From an uncultured Actinomycetes bacterium (GTDB lineage: Bacteria; Actinomycetota; Thermoleophilia; RBG-16-64-13), in the NCBI GenBank assembly GCA_963814365.1, contig CAWFCL010000004.1, positions 495,659 through 559,658 on the forward strand: a stretch of 64,000 bases of DNA, written 5' to 3'. This document shows, piece by piece, positions 1 to 9,870 of this stretch. A model generated the notes under the pieces. The model made no database searches, was not told the origin of the DNA, and was given only the letters and a program-made list of their open reading frames with translations. Positions within the stretch are counted from its first letter, which is position 1, and the number at the start of each line of letters is the position of its first letter. Made by a program: the position numbers and the translations under genes.

Positions 1-2
1 AC

Positions 3-3000
3 CTGTGTGGTCGACCGAGTGTTGTCCAGTCCAAGCTGGCCACAGGGGTGGTGCAGGACACAGTAGCCTACGAGTACGACGGCCTGGGGCGCACCATCTC
101 TGTCGATAACAGCACGGTAGACGGCAAGAACGCCCTGAACGTCTACGACGCCCGCGGCAACGTGGTCATCAGCTGGGCGGAGGGGGTGTGCGCGAGCACC
201 GAAGGCTACGTCCTAGAGAAGGGTACCCGATACCTGTTTGACCACGACAATGACCCCAATACCGATGAGATACCTGCTTTCGACGCCATCGGGCGCAGGC
301 TGGCAAGTACCGCCCCGGACAGCGACCCCGCCCTGTTCCACTACTCGGATCCGACCGAGCATCCTACCGATGATATCTGGCTTTGGAAACAAGTGAACCC
401 TGACGGCACCTATGTCAAGTACACCTACGACGCGCTGGGCCGGGTGGTCGCGACCGAGACCTCCCTGGGTGAGACCAGCGCGCAGTACGACCTCGGTGGC
501 CGGGTGAAGAGCGCCACCAACACCAACGGGTTCGTGACCACCTCCAGCTACAACTACCTGGGTCGGATACTCACCACCGGTGCCACACCCGACGCCCAGA
601 CCCCTCCGCCCACCTACTCCACTTTCACCTACAACAACCTGGGCTGGAAGCTCAAGATCCAGGATGCCGATGATTTCACCACGAGCTACGTGTTCGACGT
701 GGTCGGACGCGTGGTCTCGGAGACCACTGCCGGTCATGTGACTACGACCAGCTACGATGATGCGGGTCTTATCCTCTCCAGGAGCGAATCGGCTGAGAGT
801 CGGACGACGATCTTCACCTATGACGACTTCGGTCGGGCGGTAAACGAGACCCAGACCGTGGGTTCGGTGGAGGTGAAGGACAACACCGTCACCTACGATT
901 CCTTGGGTCGAATCACCGGGAGCTTCGATGATGAACGCGACCTAGAGAGTTCCACTACCTATCCCGTCAACACTCCCGCAGACACGACCACGCTAGTAGA
1001 GGTCGGGGTGGCCGGCGACGCCGTGCAGACCGAACTGACTCTGGCCGCCGATGGGTTCGAGACCTCCCGGGCCAGCGTCATAGATGGTGGGCCATCTGTG
1101 TCCCGCGCCGGTATCACAAGAGACGATGCCAAACGGGTGACGGGAGCGACGCTGAGTATCGGAGCTACCGATCTTCTGCAGGGATATGTGTATGACACGA
1201 AGGGTCACCTCGTAGGGCAATCATGGGAGGCACCCGGCGAGCAGGTGGTCTTAGACGCGTCTTATACCTACTCTGGCACTACTGGTCTAAAGACAGGTGA
1301 AGATCTCACGCTGCCCAGCATAGGCGGCGTACTGGGCGGTGGGCCCACCACCACGACCACCCTGGCGCCCACCACGACCACCACCGAGGCATCTACGACC
1401 ACTACCGAATCAGTCACGACCACCACGGTCTCCGGTACCACGACCACCGAGGTGGCCACGACCACCACGACTCTAGCCCCCACCACGACCACCGAACCAC
1501 CGACGACCACTACAGAACCGGCCACCACGACGACCACGGAGCCGGAGCCCGAGACTTCCTTCGCGGACGACTTCACCGCCGACTACACCTATACCACCAG
1601 CGGTCGCCTGGAGACGGCCACCCTCACCGGCGCCACGCAAGAACTGTATGAGTTCTATGACAACGGCAACATCTGGAAGGTGAAGCTAGACTCCTCAGGC
1701 ACTTGGCAGGATCACATCACCTTCGGCTATGACCAAGAGGACCACGACATCCTTGAGACCATGGACGTCACCGGTCAGGCGACCACCTACTTCGGTTACG
1801 ACTTCGGCAAACGCTGGCGAGAAGAGCAGGGCCCGAGCACGAACCCGGACTCGATCACCTACGCCTACACCGGTACCGGACGCCTGGCCACCTATCAAAG
1901 AGAAGCAGAAGGCGCGGAGCCCGCAGTCTCGGCCGCCTACACCTACGACGCCGCCGGTCAACGCATCACCTCGACCGTGACCCAAGGCGGGGTGGTGACG
2001 ACCACGGAGTTCACCTACACCGGCCTTGCCCTGCACAAGCTCGAGGCCACCCAGAGCGGAGGCACTAACCCAGAGAGTTGGAGCCTCACCTATCTCTATG
2101 ACGAGTACGGGAAACCGTATGCAGGTGTGTATCGCAGTCCACAGACGAGCACCACGCCGGAAGTGTTCGCCCTGGTCACCACAGACCGCGGAGATGTGGT
2201 TGAGCTTCTAGACAAGAACGGTGAGGCCTTTGCTGCCTATAGATACGATGCCTGGGGTAACCCCTTGGGTGACGGGAATGCCGGTGATGGCATGTGGGCG
2301 CAGGGGACCACGCTTCTCTCGGGCGACCTCGCCGCGAAGATTTCAGGCCGCCAGGTGCTCCGGTACGCCGGTTACTGCTACGACTCTGAGTCGGGGATGT
2401 ACTACCTCTCCGCCCGCCACTACGACCCCGCCACCAGGCAGTTCCTCAGCAAAGACCTTTCCCGCAACGACGGGGAGCAGAGTGCTTACCAGTACTGCCT
2501 GGGGAACCCGGTGAAGTATGTGGATCCGACGGGGTACGGTGCTTGGGACATCCTTGGGATGTATAGGACGGCTATCGACAAGGTGATAGATGCACGAATC
2601 AAGATACTGAACTTGGTTGAGGACGATGAGGTGACCGTAGAGGAGTACGCCGGTTGCGTGGACAGCTTGCCCAAGGTCGCGGTGCAGTGGCTCAACGACG
2701 AAATCGCGGAACGCGAGATCATCTTTAGCAATCTTGACGACAAGAGATACGACGAGGACGAGGTAGACGCGTGGGATTCGAATCCGGATGAAGAAATTAC
2801 CAAACCCGAGCTGTTCATAGAGCGGAGCTTCGCACTCTACGTCGACGAATACGACTTGATGACAGACGAAGAGAGGGACTACTTCGGGATCATTGGCGGT
2901 GGCCTGTCCGCCGCTCGCGTGTCCCCTCTCAAGCTGCTAAACGAACTGTACGAAGGCGTAGGAGGTGGACTCAAGCAGACCGCCGTGGCTGTTGGGGCCT

Positions 3001-3134
3001 ACAACAACTATGTGTACACGTATCCGTACCTGCGTACTCTTGAAAGACTGGAGCTGCAAAAGCAAATCATGAGGGTGTCGGCCTGCAAGGCGTGGGAGGA
3101 ACCGTGGTACACGGCCAAGTTTCCAGACCAGTAA
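3..3134 (+). CDS. Rhs/YD-repeat protein, module 1 (5'-partial), with Thr-rich insert and C-terminal tip CT1 (~2535-3134)
   Basis: YD repeats (YEYDGLGR, YTYDALGR, YTYDAAGQR). Rhs core end LRYAGYCYDSESGMYYLSARHYDP...NPVKYVDPTG. The frame is open from base 3, so the start may lie upstream of the window. Confidence 0.93.
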   Translation: MCGRPSVVQSKLATGVVQDTVAYEYDGLGRTISVDNSTVDGKNALNVYDARGNVVISWAEGVCASTEGYVLEKGTRYLFDHDNDPNTDEIPAFDAIGRRLASTAPDSDPALFHYSDPTEHPTDDIWLWKQVNPDGTYVKYTYDALGRVVATETSLGETSAQYDLGGRVKSATNTNGFVTTSSYNYLGRILTTGATPDAQTPPPTYSTFTYNNLGWKLKIQDADDFTTSYVFDVVGRVVSETTAGHVTTTSYDDAGLILSRSESAESRTTIFTYDDFGRAVNETQTVGSVEVKDNTVTYDSLGRITGSFDDERDLESSTTYPVNTPADTTTLVEVGVAGDAVQTELTLAADGFETSRASVIDGGPSVSRAGITRDDAKRVTGATLSIGATDLLQGYVYDTKGHLVGQSWEAPGEQVVLDASYTYSGTTGLKTGEDLTLPSIGGVLGGGPTTTTTLAPTTTTTEASTTTTESVTTTTVSGTTTTEVATTTTTLAPTTTTEPPTTTTEPATTTTTEPEPETSFADDFTADYTYTTSGRLETATLTGATQELYEFYDNGNIWKVKLDSSGTWQDHITFGYDQEDHDILETMDVTGQATTYFGYDFGKRWREEQGPSTNPDSITYAYTGTGRLATYQREAEGAEPAVSAAYTYDAAGQRITSTVTQGGVVTTTEFTYTGLALHKLEATQSGGTNPESWSLTYLYDEYGKPYAGVYRSPQTSTTPEVFALVTTDRGDVVELLDKNGEAFAAYRYDAWGNPLGDGNAGDGMWAQGTTLLSGDLAAKISGRQVLRYAGYCYDSESGMYYLSARHYDPATRQFLSKDLSRNDGEQSAYQYCLGNPVKYVDPTGYGAWDILGMYRTAIDKVIDARIKILNLVEDDEVTVEEYAGCVDSLPKVAVQWLNDEIAEREIIFSNLDDKRYDEDEVDAWDSNPDEEITKPELFIERSFALYVDEYDLMTDEERDYFGIIGGGLSAARVSPLKLLNELYEGVGGGLKQTAVAVGAYNNYVYTYPYLRTLERLELQKQIMRVSACKAWEEPWYTAKFPDQ
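1344..1559 (+). repeat. Thr-rich low-complexity (ACC/ACG) mucin-like linker inside the Rhs core
   Basis: PTTTTTLAPTTTTTEASTTTTESVTTTT...EPATTTTTEPEPETS. Second near-identical copy at ~14140-14355. Confidence 0.95.
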
Positions 3135-3510
3135 ACGTGTTGGGGTGGAATGGCGATTTGTCTCGGCCTTGCGCGGCTGCCCTCCGTCCGAATCGCCCCG
3201 CGCATGCGCGAAGAACCACGACAAGGCGGGAACAGACAAAGTGAATGGAGAGTCTGCCACGAAGGACTGCGGAATCGTGCCAGGCAGGTGCTGTTTTGAT
3301 TTGGTCTGCTTGCAGACAGTGTAGATGCTGACTAGCGGACGGTTTGGCTTGGTGGGGTGGGACTACGGAGGCCATGCGGGAGATGTCTTACGCGTGAAGA
3401 GAAAGCCGACGAACCGATGTAGCATGGGCGCGTCCGCAACCGTGCGCGCTGGCCGGGTTCGTCTGAAGCTGATGAGTTGGCTAATAGGGCGGCAAGAAGG
3501 AGAAGAAGCT

Positions 3511-4638
3511 TTGATTCACCGGAAACACTTGGCAATCTTCCTTTTGACAGTTGGGTTGCTGCTCTTGCCTGGCTGTGGGTACTCCCCTACCGGATTTCAG
3601 GTAACGCAGCTCTCCACTGAGAACCATGACATATGTCTCCCAAGCGTTGATGGGGAGCGGGTGGTCTGGGCGGAGATAGGTGACATAGAAGACAATAGCA
3701 GTCTTGAGATTTTCATCTGGACCCCATCAGATGGAGTAGTCCAGATAACTCACAACGATGTCAAGGACACCAACCCAATCGTCTCGGGAAATCGGGTTGT
3801 GTGGGAAGGGCGCGGCGGAAGCGATGGAGGTGAAGACCTTGAGTTGTTCACCTGGACTCCGGCTGAGGGCATTGTCCAGATAACGTGCGACGAGGGGCAC
3901 CTTGAGTCCGGATCGGTTTCGGAAGAGCTAGTGGCGTGGCAGGCGGGCGAGGACGCCGACTCGGAGATTTTCACTTGGACATCCTCGGGGGGCATCGTTC
4001 GCCTTACCTGCAATGGATACAGTGACTTTCGTCCGCGCGTATCGGGAGGCCGCGTGGTTTGGTGGGGCGGGAACCGAGAGGCTGGTGAGGACTCCGAGAT
4101 CTTCACCTGGACAGTCGGAAGCGGCGTCTTCCAGATAACCAACAATGAAGATAACGATGGCCTGCCAGAGGTCTCTGGCGATCGAGTTGTATGGCAGGGC
4201 CACGGGGGTAGCGACGGAGGAGATGATACGGAGATATTCACTTGGACGCCTGCTGGGGGAATCCATCAGGTTACGGCGAATGACTACGACGATGATCACC
4301 CGCGCGTCTCTGGCGACAGGGTCATTTGGAATGGTGAGGGACTTGGGGCGGACTTGCTGACATGGACTCCTGGCGACGGCATCTCTCAGGTTGTTCATAA
4401 TGGCTACTTCCACCGCAGCCCAGCCGTCTCTGGTGACCGAGTGGTGTGGGAAGAGGAGTCGGACGCTGTGGGTAGCGATTCGGAGATCTTCACATGGACC
4501 CCTGACGGCGGCATCATTCGGCTCACATCCAATAACGAGGATGACTTCTATCCCCAGGTCTCCGGAGACCGAGTAGTCTGGGTCAGTGCAATGGACGGTG
4601 GTTTTCGAATCTTGAACGCGAAGTACACTGGCCTGTAA
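3511..4638 (+). CDS. Predicted lipoprotein with TolB-like/Methanosarcina-type beta-propeller repeats (partner of CT1)
   Basis: TTG start at 3511 after AAGGAG. Signal peptide with lipobox LLLLPGC. About 8 repeats of EIFTWTPxxGIxQITxNxxxDxxPxVSGDRVVW. Confidence 0.8.
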   Translation: MIHRKHLAIFLLTVGLLLLPGCGYSPTGFQVTQLSTENHDICLPSVDGERVVWAEIGDIEDNSSLEIFIWTPSDGVVQITHNDVKDTNPIVSGNRVVWEGRGGSDGGEDLELFTWTPAEGIVQITCDEGHLESGSVSEELVAWQAGEDADSEIFTWTSSGGIVRLTCNGYSDFRPRVSGGRVVWWGGNREAGEDSEIFTWTVGSGVFQITNNEDNDGLPEVSGDRVVWQGHGGSDGGDDTEIFTWTPAGGIHQVTANDYDDDHPRVSGDRVIWNGEGLGADLLTWTPGDGISQVVHNGYFHRSPAVSGDRVVWEEESDAVGSDSEIFTWTPDGGIIRLTSNNEDDFYPQVSGDRVVWVSAMDGGFRILNAKYTGL

Positions 4639-4684
4639 GGAGACGCTCTATCGAATTGACCGGGCAAGTTCACTCGAGCTTTGA

Positions 4685-5047
4685 GACGCCATCGCCCAGT
4701 CCATCGGCGAGCTGCCCAAGCAACTGAGAAGATCGCTCACTTGGGACCAGGGAGCGGAGATGGCGCAGCACGCACAGCTTCGCGTCGACACCGGGTTGGC
4801 GATCTACTTCTGCGATCCGCAGAGCCCCTGGCAACGTGGGACGAACGAGAACACCAACGGGCTCTTGCGCCAGTACTTCCCCAAAGGCACAGATCTGAGC
4901 AAACACAGTGCAGAAGATCTCATGGCCGTCGCCACTACCCTCAACAGCCGCCCACGCAAAACCCTCGGATGGAAGACGCCAGCCGAAGCATTCAATGCCC
5001 TGCTATGCTCCTCCAACAGGAGCGGTGTTGCGACCATCCCTTGAACC
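4685..5047 (+). mobile_element. IS30-family transposase 3' fragment with right end
   Basis: LRRSLTWDQGAEMAQH...YFCDPQSPWQRGTNENTNGLLRQYFPKG...LNSRPRKTLGW is the IS30 integrase-core C-terminus. It ends in GGTGTTGCGACCATCCCTTGAACC. The 5' part is missing. Confidence 0.9.
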
Positions 5048-5051
5048 TGGG

Positions 5052-5844
5052 GAGTGCGTATGGGTATTGTCTGGGGAACCCGGTGCTTGGGATTGATCCC
5101 AGTGGGTTCCGTGTGGCCTGGGAGACCGGCAGTCGCGAGACGGATGCAGCGCTGACGGCCAAGTACAGTAAGAAGTGGGCCGAAGAAGCGGCGAGCAGGC
5201 GCGGCCGTTCCTCGGACAATCCCATCGTGCTGTCCCCAGGCCACCCGTCTTACGTGCCATTTCTCGGCCTGAACTACGTGGATGTTTCGATTCCGTGGGA
5301 GTCGGAGCCATGTACCGTGACCATCTCGGCAACTATGGTGTGGCGAGTAGTGTTCTACATGGACCACTGTGCTCTGATGGTCGTTAGTGTGGGGGACCCA
5401 CTGATGACTTCCTCCACGGAGGGCAGCATGGTCACGGGGAGTGGGAAGAGCATCGGCGGGAGCCCCTTCGACGCATACCGGACCGTGATTTCTGGGGAGT
5501 GCTGGGGTGGTTGGAGCGCTCCGGGTTCCATGTGGATGCGAGATGAGTTCACGCAGGTATGTTCCATTGAGATACGGCGCGATCGAGTGGCGATAATCGC
5601 CATTGGGAGGCAGCGCAGTGGTCTTGGATTGGTCCAGTTCGGCACGACCTTGGACGAGAGCGGCAAACCAGTTCCGCAGATTTCAGCGTCCCCTCAGAGT
5701 GTGTGGGATTGGGACTATCCGATGGGTGCGCCGCACTCGCTGATGATAGGAACAGTGCTTGAGGCTACTCTTGGGGGAATGGAACCCGCACGTCCACGCC
5801 GCGACCCATTTCAGGAACCTGTGCTGCCCTATTTTCTCAACTGA
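5052..5844 (+). pseudogene. Orphan Rhs C-terminal tip CT2 (only ~55 nt of core retained, no own start)
   Basis: SAYGYCLGNPVLGIDPSG followed by a unique 245-aa tip. ORF 4681-5844 in the track is a read-through from IS30 DNA. Confidence 0.85.
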
Positions 5845-5891
5845 GACCGACTCATCAGGATATGTGATCATACTCATTTAGGGAGGCCAAG

Positions 5892-7007
5892 ATGCCAGAG
5901 ACGAAGAGAAGCGGAGCCAGCGTGATTTTTCGGGCTGCCGCTATCGTGGTTGCTCTCGCCGTTGTGTTCGGGGCATGTTCTGGGAAAGAGGCGCAAGGGC
6001 CGTCTGTCGACTCGAGCTGTCCCTCTTCTCAGGTTTCTCTATTTCCTGTTCAGGTCGGTATGCAAGTTGGCTACATAAACCAGGCTGGCGAGATGGTGAT
6101 TAACGCCAAATTCGCAGGCGCCTCCAGCTTTTCCGGGGGTCTGGCGGCAGTGAGGGCTGTGGGGTCCGACAATTGGGGCTATATCGACCAGGCTGGCGAA
6201 ATGGTGATTGCGGCGAGGTTTGCAGGAGCCTCCAGTTTCTCTGGGGGGCTGGCAGCAGTCTTACCCGAGGGATCTGATTTGTGGGGTTATGTGAGTCAAG
6301 ACGGGGACATGGCTATCCAGCCAGAATTCTACCAAGCGAACGGCTTCTCCCATGGCCTGGCTTGTGTGCAGCCAAAGCAGGATGGTCCCTGGGGATACAT
6401 TGACGAGGGCGGTCAGATGGTTATCGAACCGCGGTTCTACCGTGCCAACTTCTTCACAGACGGCCTTGCTGCAGTACAAGTTGACCAGGATGGTCCCTGG
6501 GGATACATTGACGAGGGCGGTCAGATGGTTATCGAACCGCGGTTCTACCGTGCCAACTTCTTCACAGACGGCCTTGCTGCAGTACAAGTTGACCAGGGTG
6601 GACTCTGGGGATACATCAGTCGGGACGGGCTGATCGAGATTTCCCAGCGTTTCAGTGAGGCTGGTGTCTTCACCGACGGTCTTGCACCGGTTCGATTGCC
6701 AGATGGCGGCCTCTGCGGCTACATTGATGGGAGTGGTGCTACGGTGATTGAGCCTTCTTTCTTCCAGGTTGGCCTTTTCGCGGAGGGGCTGGCCCCAGTT
6801 CAAGTCGAAGAAGGCGGTCTGTGGGGGTATGTGGATTCAGAAGGCAAGATGCTCATTCAGCCACAATTCCGGAGCGCTTGGCCGTTCAGCAACGGCCTAG
6901 CGTCCGTGAGCTTCGATTCGTCACTGTTCTCGCAAGGCTATATCGACCCAACAGGAAGGGTAGTCTGGAGCAGTGGGCAGAACTGGACCGATAGGGGCTC
7001 CAGGTGA
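5892..7007 (+). CDS. Predicted lipoprotein with WG (KWG-Leptospira-type) beta repeats (partner of CT2)
   Basis: RBS GGGAGG. Lipobox VVFGAC. Repeats of WGYIDxxGxMVIxPxFxxAxxFSxGLAAV. Confidence 0.9.
   Translation: MPETKRSGASVIFRAAAIVVALAVVFGACSGKEAQGPSVDSSCPSSQVSLFPVQVGMQVGYINQAGEMVINAKFAGASSFSGGLAAVRAVGSDNWGYIDQAGEMVIAARFAGASSFSGGLAAVLPEGSDLWGYVSQDGDMAIQPEFYQANGFSHGLACVQPKQDGPWGYIDEGGQMVIEPRFYRANFFTDGLAAVQVDQDGPWGYIDEGGQMVIEPRFYRANFFTDGLAAVQVDQGGLWGYISRDGLIEISQRFSEAGVFTDGLAPVRLPDGGLCGYIDGSGATVIEPSFFQVGLFAEGLAPVQVEEGGLWGYVDSEGKMLIQPQFRSAWPFSNGLASVSFDSSLFSQGYIDPTGRVVWSSGQNWTDRGSR
6378..6597 (+). repeat. Exact 108-bp tandem duplication (one WG repeat unit)
   Basis: GATGGTCCCTGGGGATAC... starts at 6381 and again at 6489, with identical sequence between copies. 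Confidence 0.95.
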
Positions 7008-8875
7008 AGGCCACCACCCTCACCTACGACTCCCTGGGCCGGGTGACCTCCAGCACCGACGGTGCCCGGCATCTGGAGAGCGCCACCATCTACCCGCTGA
7101 ACACCCCCTCGGGAACCACGACCACCATGGAGGTCGGGGTCCAAGCCGACCTGGTCTCGACCCTACTCACCGTGGCCGCCGACGGTTTCGAGACCTCCCG
7201 CTACAGCACCATAGAAGGGGGACCGGAGGTCTTACGCTCCGGTATCGAGCGCGACCATGCCAAACGCCTGACGGGAGCGACGCTGAGTATCGGAGCTACC
7301 GATCTTCTGCAGGGATATGTGTATGACACCAAGGGCCACCTCGTAGGGCAATCATGGGAGGCACCCGGCGAGCAGGTGGTCTTAGACGCGTCTCATACCT
7401 ACTCTGGCACTACTGGTCTAAAGACAGGTGAAGATCTCACGCTGCCCAGCGTAGGCGGCGGCTTCACCGCCGACTACACCTATACCACCAGCGGTCGCCT
7501 GGAGACGGCCACCCTCACCGGCGCCACGCAAGAACTCTATGAGTTCTATGACAACGGCAACATCAGGAAGGTCAAGCTAGACTCCCTAGGCACTTGGCAG
7601 GATTACATCACCTTCGGCTATGACGAAGCAGACCACGACATCCTCAAGACCATGGACGTCACCGGTCAGGCGACCACCTACTTCGGTTACGACTCCGGCA
7701 AGCGCTGGCGAGAAGAGCAGGGCCCGAGCACGAACCCGGACTCGATCACCTATGCCTACACCGGTACCGGACGCCTCTCGACCTACGCAAGAGAGGCAGA
7801 AGCCGCGGAGCCCGCGGTCTCGGCCGCTTACACCTACGACGCCGCCGGTCAGCGCACCACCTCTACTGTGACCATAGACGGTGTGGTGACCACCACGGAT
7901 TTCATCTACACCGGCCTTACCCTGCATAAGCTGAAGGCCACGCGTACCCAAGGCGAGACCACCGAGAGTTGGAGCCTCACCTATCTCTATGACGAGTACG
8001 GGAAACCGTATGCAGGTGTGTATCGCAGTCCACAGACCAGCACCACGCCGGAGGTGTTCGCCCTGGTCACGACAGACAGAGGTGATGTGGCCGAGCTCCT
8101 GGACGCAAACGGCGAGCCCTTTGCCGCCTACCGATACGACGCATGGGGCAACCCCTTGGGGATGGGCAACGCTGGTGATGGCATGTGGGCGCAGGGGACC
8201 ACGCTTCTCTCGGGCGACCTCGCCGCGGAGATCAGCGAGCGTCAGGTCTTACGCTACGCCGGCTACTGCTACGACTCAGAAAGCGGGCTGTACTACCTCT
8301 CCGCCAGGCACTACGACCCTGGGACCCGGCAGTTCCTCTCGAAAGACCTCTCCCGCAACGACGGGGAGCAGAGTGCTTATGGGTATTGTCTGGGGAACCC
8401 GATCGCCAATGTGGACCCGAGCGGATATGCAACTGTCTGTGGGTCGGGTTATGGCGGCAAGGAGCAAGAAACCTCAATGGCGGAGGTGATGGCGGTTCTC
8501 GATCCTGTGGAAGCCGACGACCCCATCACTTGGCAGATGAGTCCATCGGCGGAGAATATGAGACAGAATCTCTGGATTGACCTTTGGAAGTTGGCGAAGG
8601 ATGGACACGACTGCGGGAGCTTCTCTAACCGTGAGACGTTCTACGATGGGAGAGTGGTGGTCGTGGTCGTGGGCAACTGGCATGCGGTCAACGATCTTGG
8701 CTTCCGTATTGAGGACATCGAGGTGAGAGTCTACAACGCGAATGCGAAGATAGACCTGGGAATCCCGGAGAGATACTACGCGGGGCACGAGGTTACCGTG
8801 GTCGCATCCAGTCCGCCGCTTCATGGCCCTGACCCAATAGCCATTGCGGACACGATCCGAAGCGTCTTTCGATGA
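7004..8875 (+). CDS. Orphan Rhs module 3 (partial core lacking the Thr-rich insert) with tip CT3 (~8426-8875)
   Basis: High DNA similarity to module 1 from ~870. Core end NPIANVDPSG. The GTG start overlaps the upstream stop (GTGA). Confidence 0.88.
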   Translation: MKATTLTYDSLGRVTSSTDGARHLESATIYPLNTPSGTTTTMEVGVQADLVSTLLTVAADGFETSRYSTIEGGPEVLRSGIERDHAKRLTGATLSIGATDLLQGYVYDTKGHLVGQSWEAPGEQVVLDASHTYSGTTGLKTGEDLTLPSVGGGFTADYTYTTSGRLETATLTGATQELYEFYDNGNIRKVKLDSLGTWQDYITFGYDEADHDILKTMDVTGQATTYFGYDSGKRWREEQGPSTNPDSITYAYTGTGRLSTYAREAEAAEPAVSAAYTYDAAGQRTTSTVTIDGVVTTTDFIYTGLTLHKLKATRTQGETTESWSLTYLYDEYGKPYAGVYRSPQTSTTPEVFALVTTDRGDVAELLDANGEPFAAYRYDAWGNPLGMGNAGDGMWAQGTTLLSGDLAAEISERQVLRYAGYCYDSESGLYYLSARHYDPGTRQFLSKDLSRNDGEQSAYGYCLGNPIANVDPSGYATVCGSGYGGKEQETSMAEVMAVLDPVEADDPITWQMSPSAENMRQNLWIDLWKLAKDGHDCGSFSNRETFYDGRVVVVVVGNWHAVNDLGFRIEDIEVRVYNANAKIDLGIPERYYAGHEVTVVASSPPLHGPDPIAIADTIRSVFR

Positions 8876-9549
8876 GATACTCCGAGCAAAGGGAGGGATT
8901 AGTGGGAAAGATGCTAGCCGTCTTGGCTGGAATTGGCGTTGTGCTCTGCGCGCTACCATCGGGATGCGGATCGCAGGTCTCCACGACTACGCAGCCTCCA
9001 CAATGGGTCGTCATGCGAGGTGACTCAGTCGAGCTGCGCCTGCCGGACACCTTCAAGGGAGGAGCCTCCGCAGACTCGGCTGCCGTGGCAGGTCTGCTGG
9101 AAATAGCGGAGTTGCTGGATGAACCCGCACTGAGGGACGAACTTCGTGACTGGCTAGCTACCGTGAACGACGATGAACGGTATGACACGCGCCTAGTAGC
9201 CTGGGCCGCAGTGGACGATGGGAAGGATTTTGCGCAGGTGCGGGTCACGAGGGATTCGTTACAGTACTTCACATCCTTCACCGATGGTGACGCATCACCT
9301 TCGGCCCTTGCTTCAGATCTGATGACGGGACCCTACGGTAACTGGGAAGTCGAGAGGATTACTGAGGACGAGGCGGTATTGACAGTCCACTACGACGAGA
9401 CAGATCAGGCGGGGTGGCGGCCAGAGTTGGTTGTACTCAGACCCTACGGCGAGTGGGTATACACAATCAGCTACTCCTGCCTGGAGGAGTACTGGGCTGA
9501 CTTCTACGAAATCTTCGCGAGCAGCTCTGAGTCGATCGTCATCTGGTGA
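8872..9549 (+). CDS. Predicted lipoprotein (partner of CT3), possibly PsbP/DcrB-like fold
   Basis: Overlaps the CT3 stop (ATGA). Hydrophobic stretch then LPSGC lipobox. The C-terminal pattern VYTISYS...F..S..S only loosely resembles PsbP-like proteins. Confidence 0.65.
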   Translation: MRYSEQREGLVGKMLAVLAGIGVVLCALPSGCGSQVSTTTQPPQWVVMRGDSVELRLPDTFKGGASADSAAVAGLLEIAELLDEPALRDELRDWLATVNDDERYDTRLVAWAAVDDGKDFAQVRVTRDSLQYFTSFTDGDASPSALASDLMTGPYGNWEVERITEDEAVLTVHYDETDQAGWRPELVVLRPYGEWVYTISYSCLEEYWADFYEIFASSSESIVIW

Positions 9550-9573
9550 CCCAGAATCACGGTGCGCAGTGCG

Positions 9574-9825
9574 CTGATCTCGACAGAGACCTCTCTGGGT
9601 GAGACCAGCGCGCAGTACGACCTCGGCGGCCGGGTGAAGAGCGCCACCAACACCAAATGGTTCGTCACCAAGTCCGAATACGACCATCATGGGCGTGTCA
9701 CCCGCAGTGGAGCGGTGCCCACGGGCCAGGCCGACCCCATCGCCTGGTCCGAGTATGCCTGCAACAACCTGGGCTGGAGGCTCAAGGTCCAAGACGCCGA
9801 CGGCTTCACCACCGCATGCGAGTTC
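9574..9825 (+). pseudogene. Short Rhs core fragment
   Basis: TETSLGETSAQYDLGGRVKSATNT...NNLGWRLKVQDADGFTT matches module 1 at ~450-685. Truncated at both ends. Confidence 0.85.
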
Positions 9826-9870
9826 GAGAAGAGGTTCTCGTACTTGAGTGGTTGGTGCCAGGTTGACCCT

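Noticed and set aside
1344-1559. Thr-codon repeats or WG repeats as a CRISPR array
   Set aside because: They are in-frame coding repeats with no constant-repeat/unique-spacer structure, and there are no cas genes in the window.
3-3134. Assigning a secretion route (T6SS or T7SS) or a host taxon to the Rhs system
   Set aside because: No PAAR, VgrG, WXG or signal-bearing N-terminus is visible, and the parent gene start lies outside the window. No marker gene allows confident taxonomy.
4681-5844. 387-aa ORF as a genuine gene
   Set aside because: Its first third is an alternative frame of IS30 transposase DNA fused by chance to the orphan tip.
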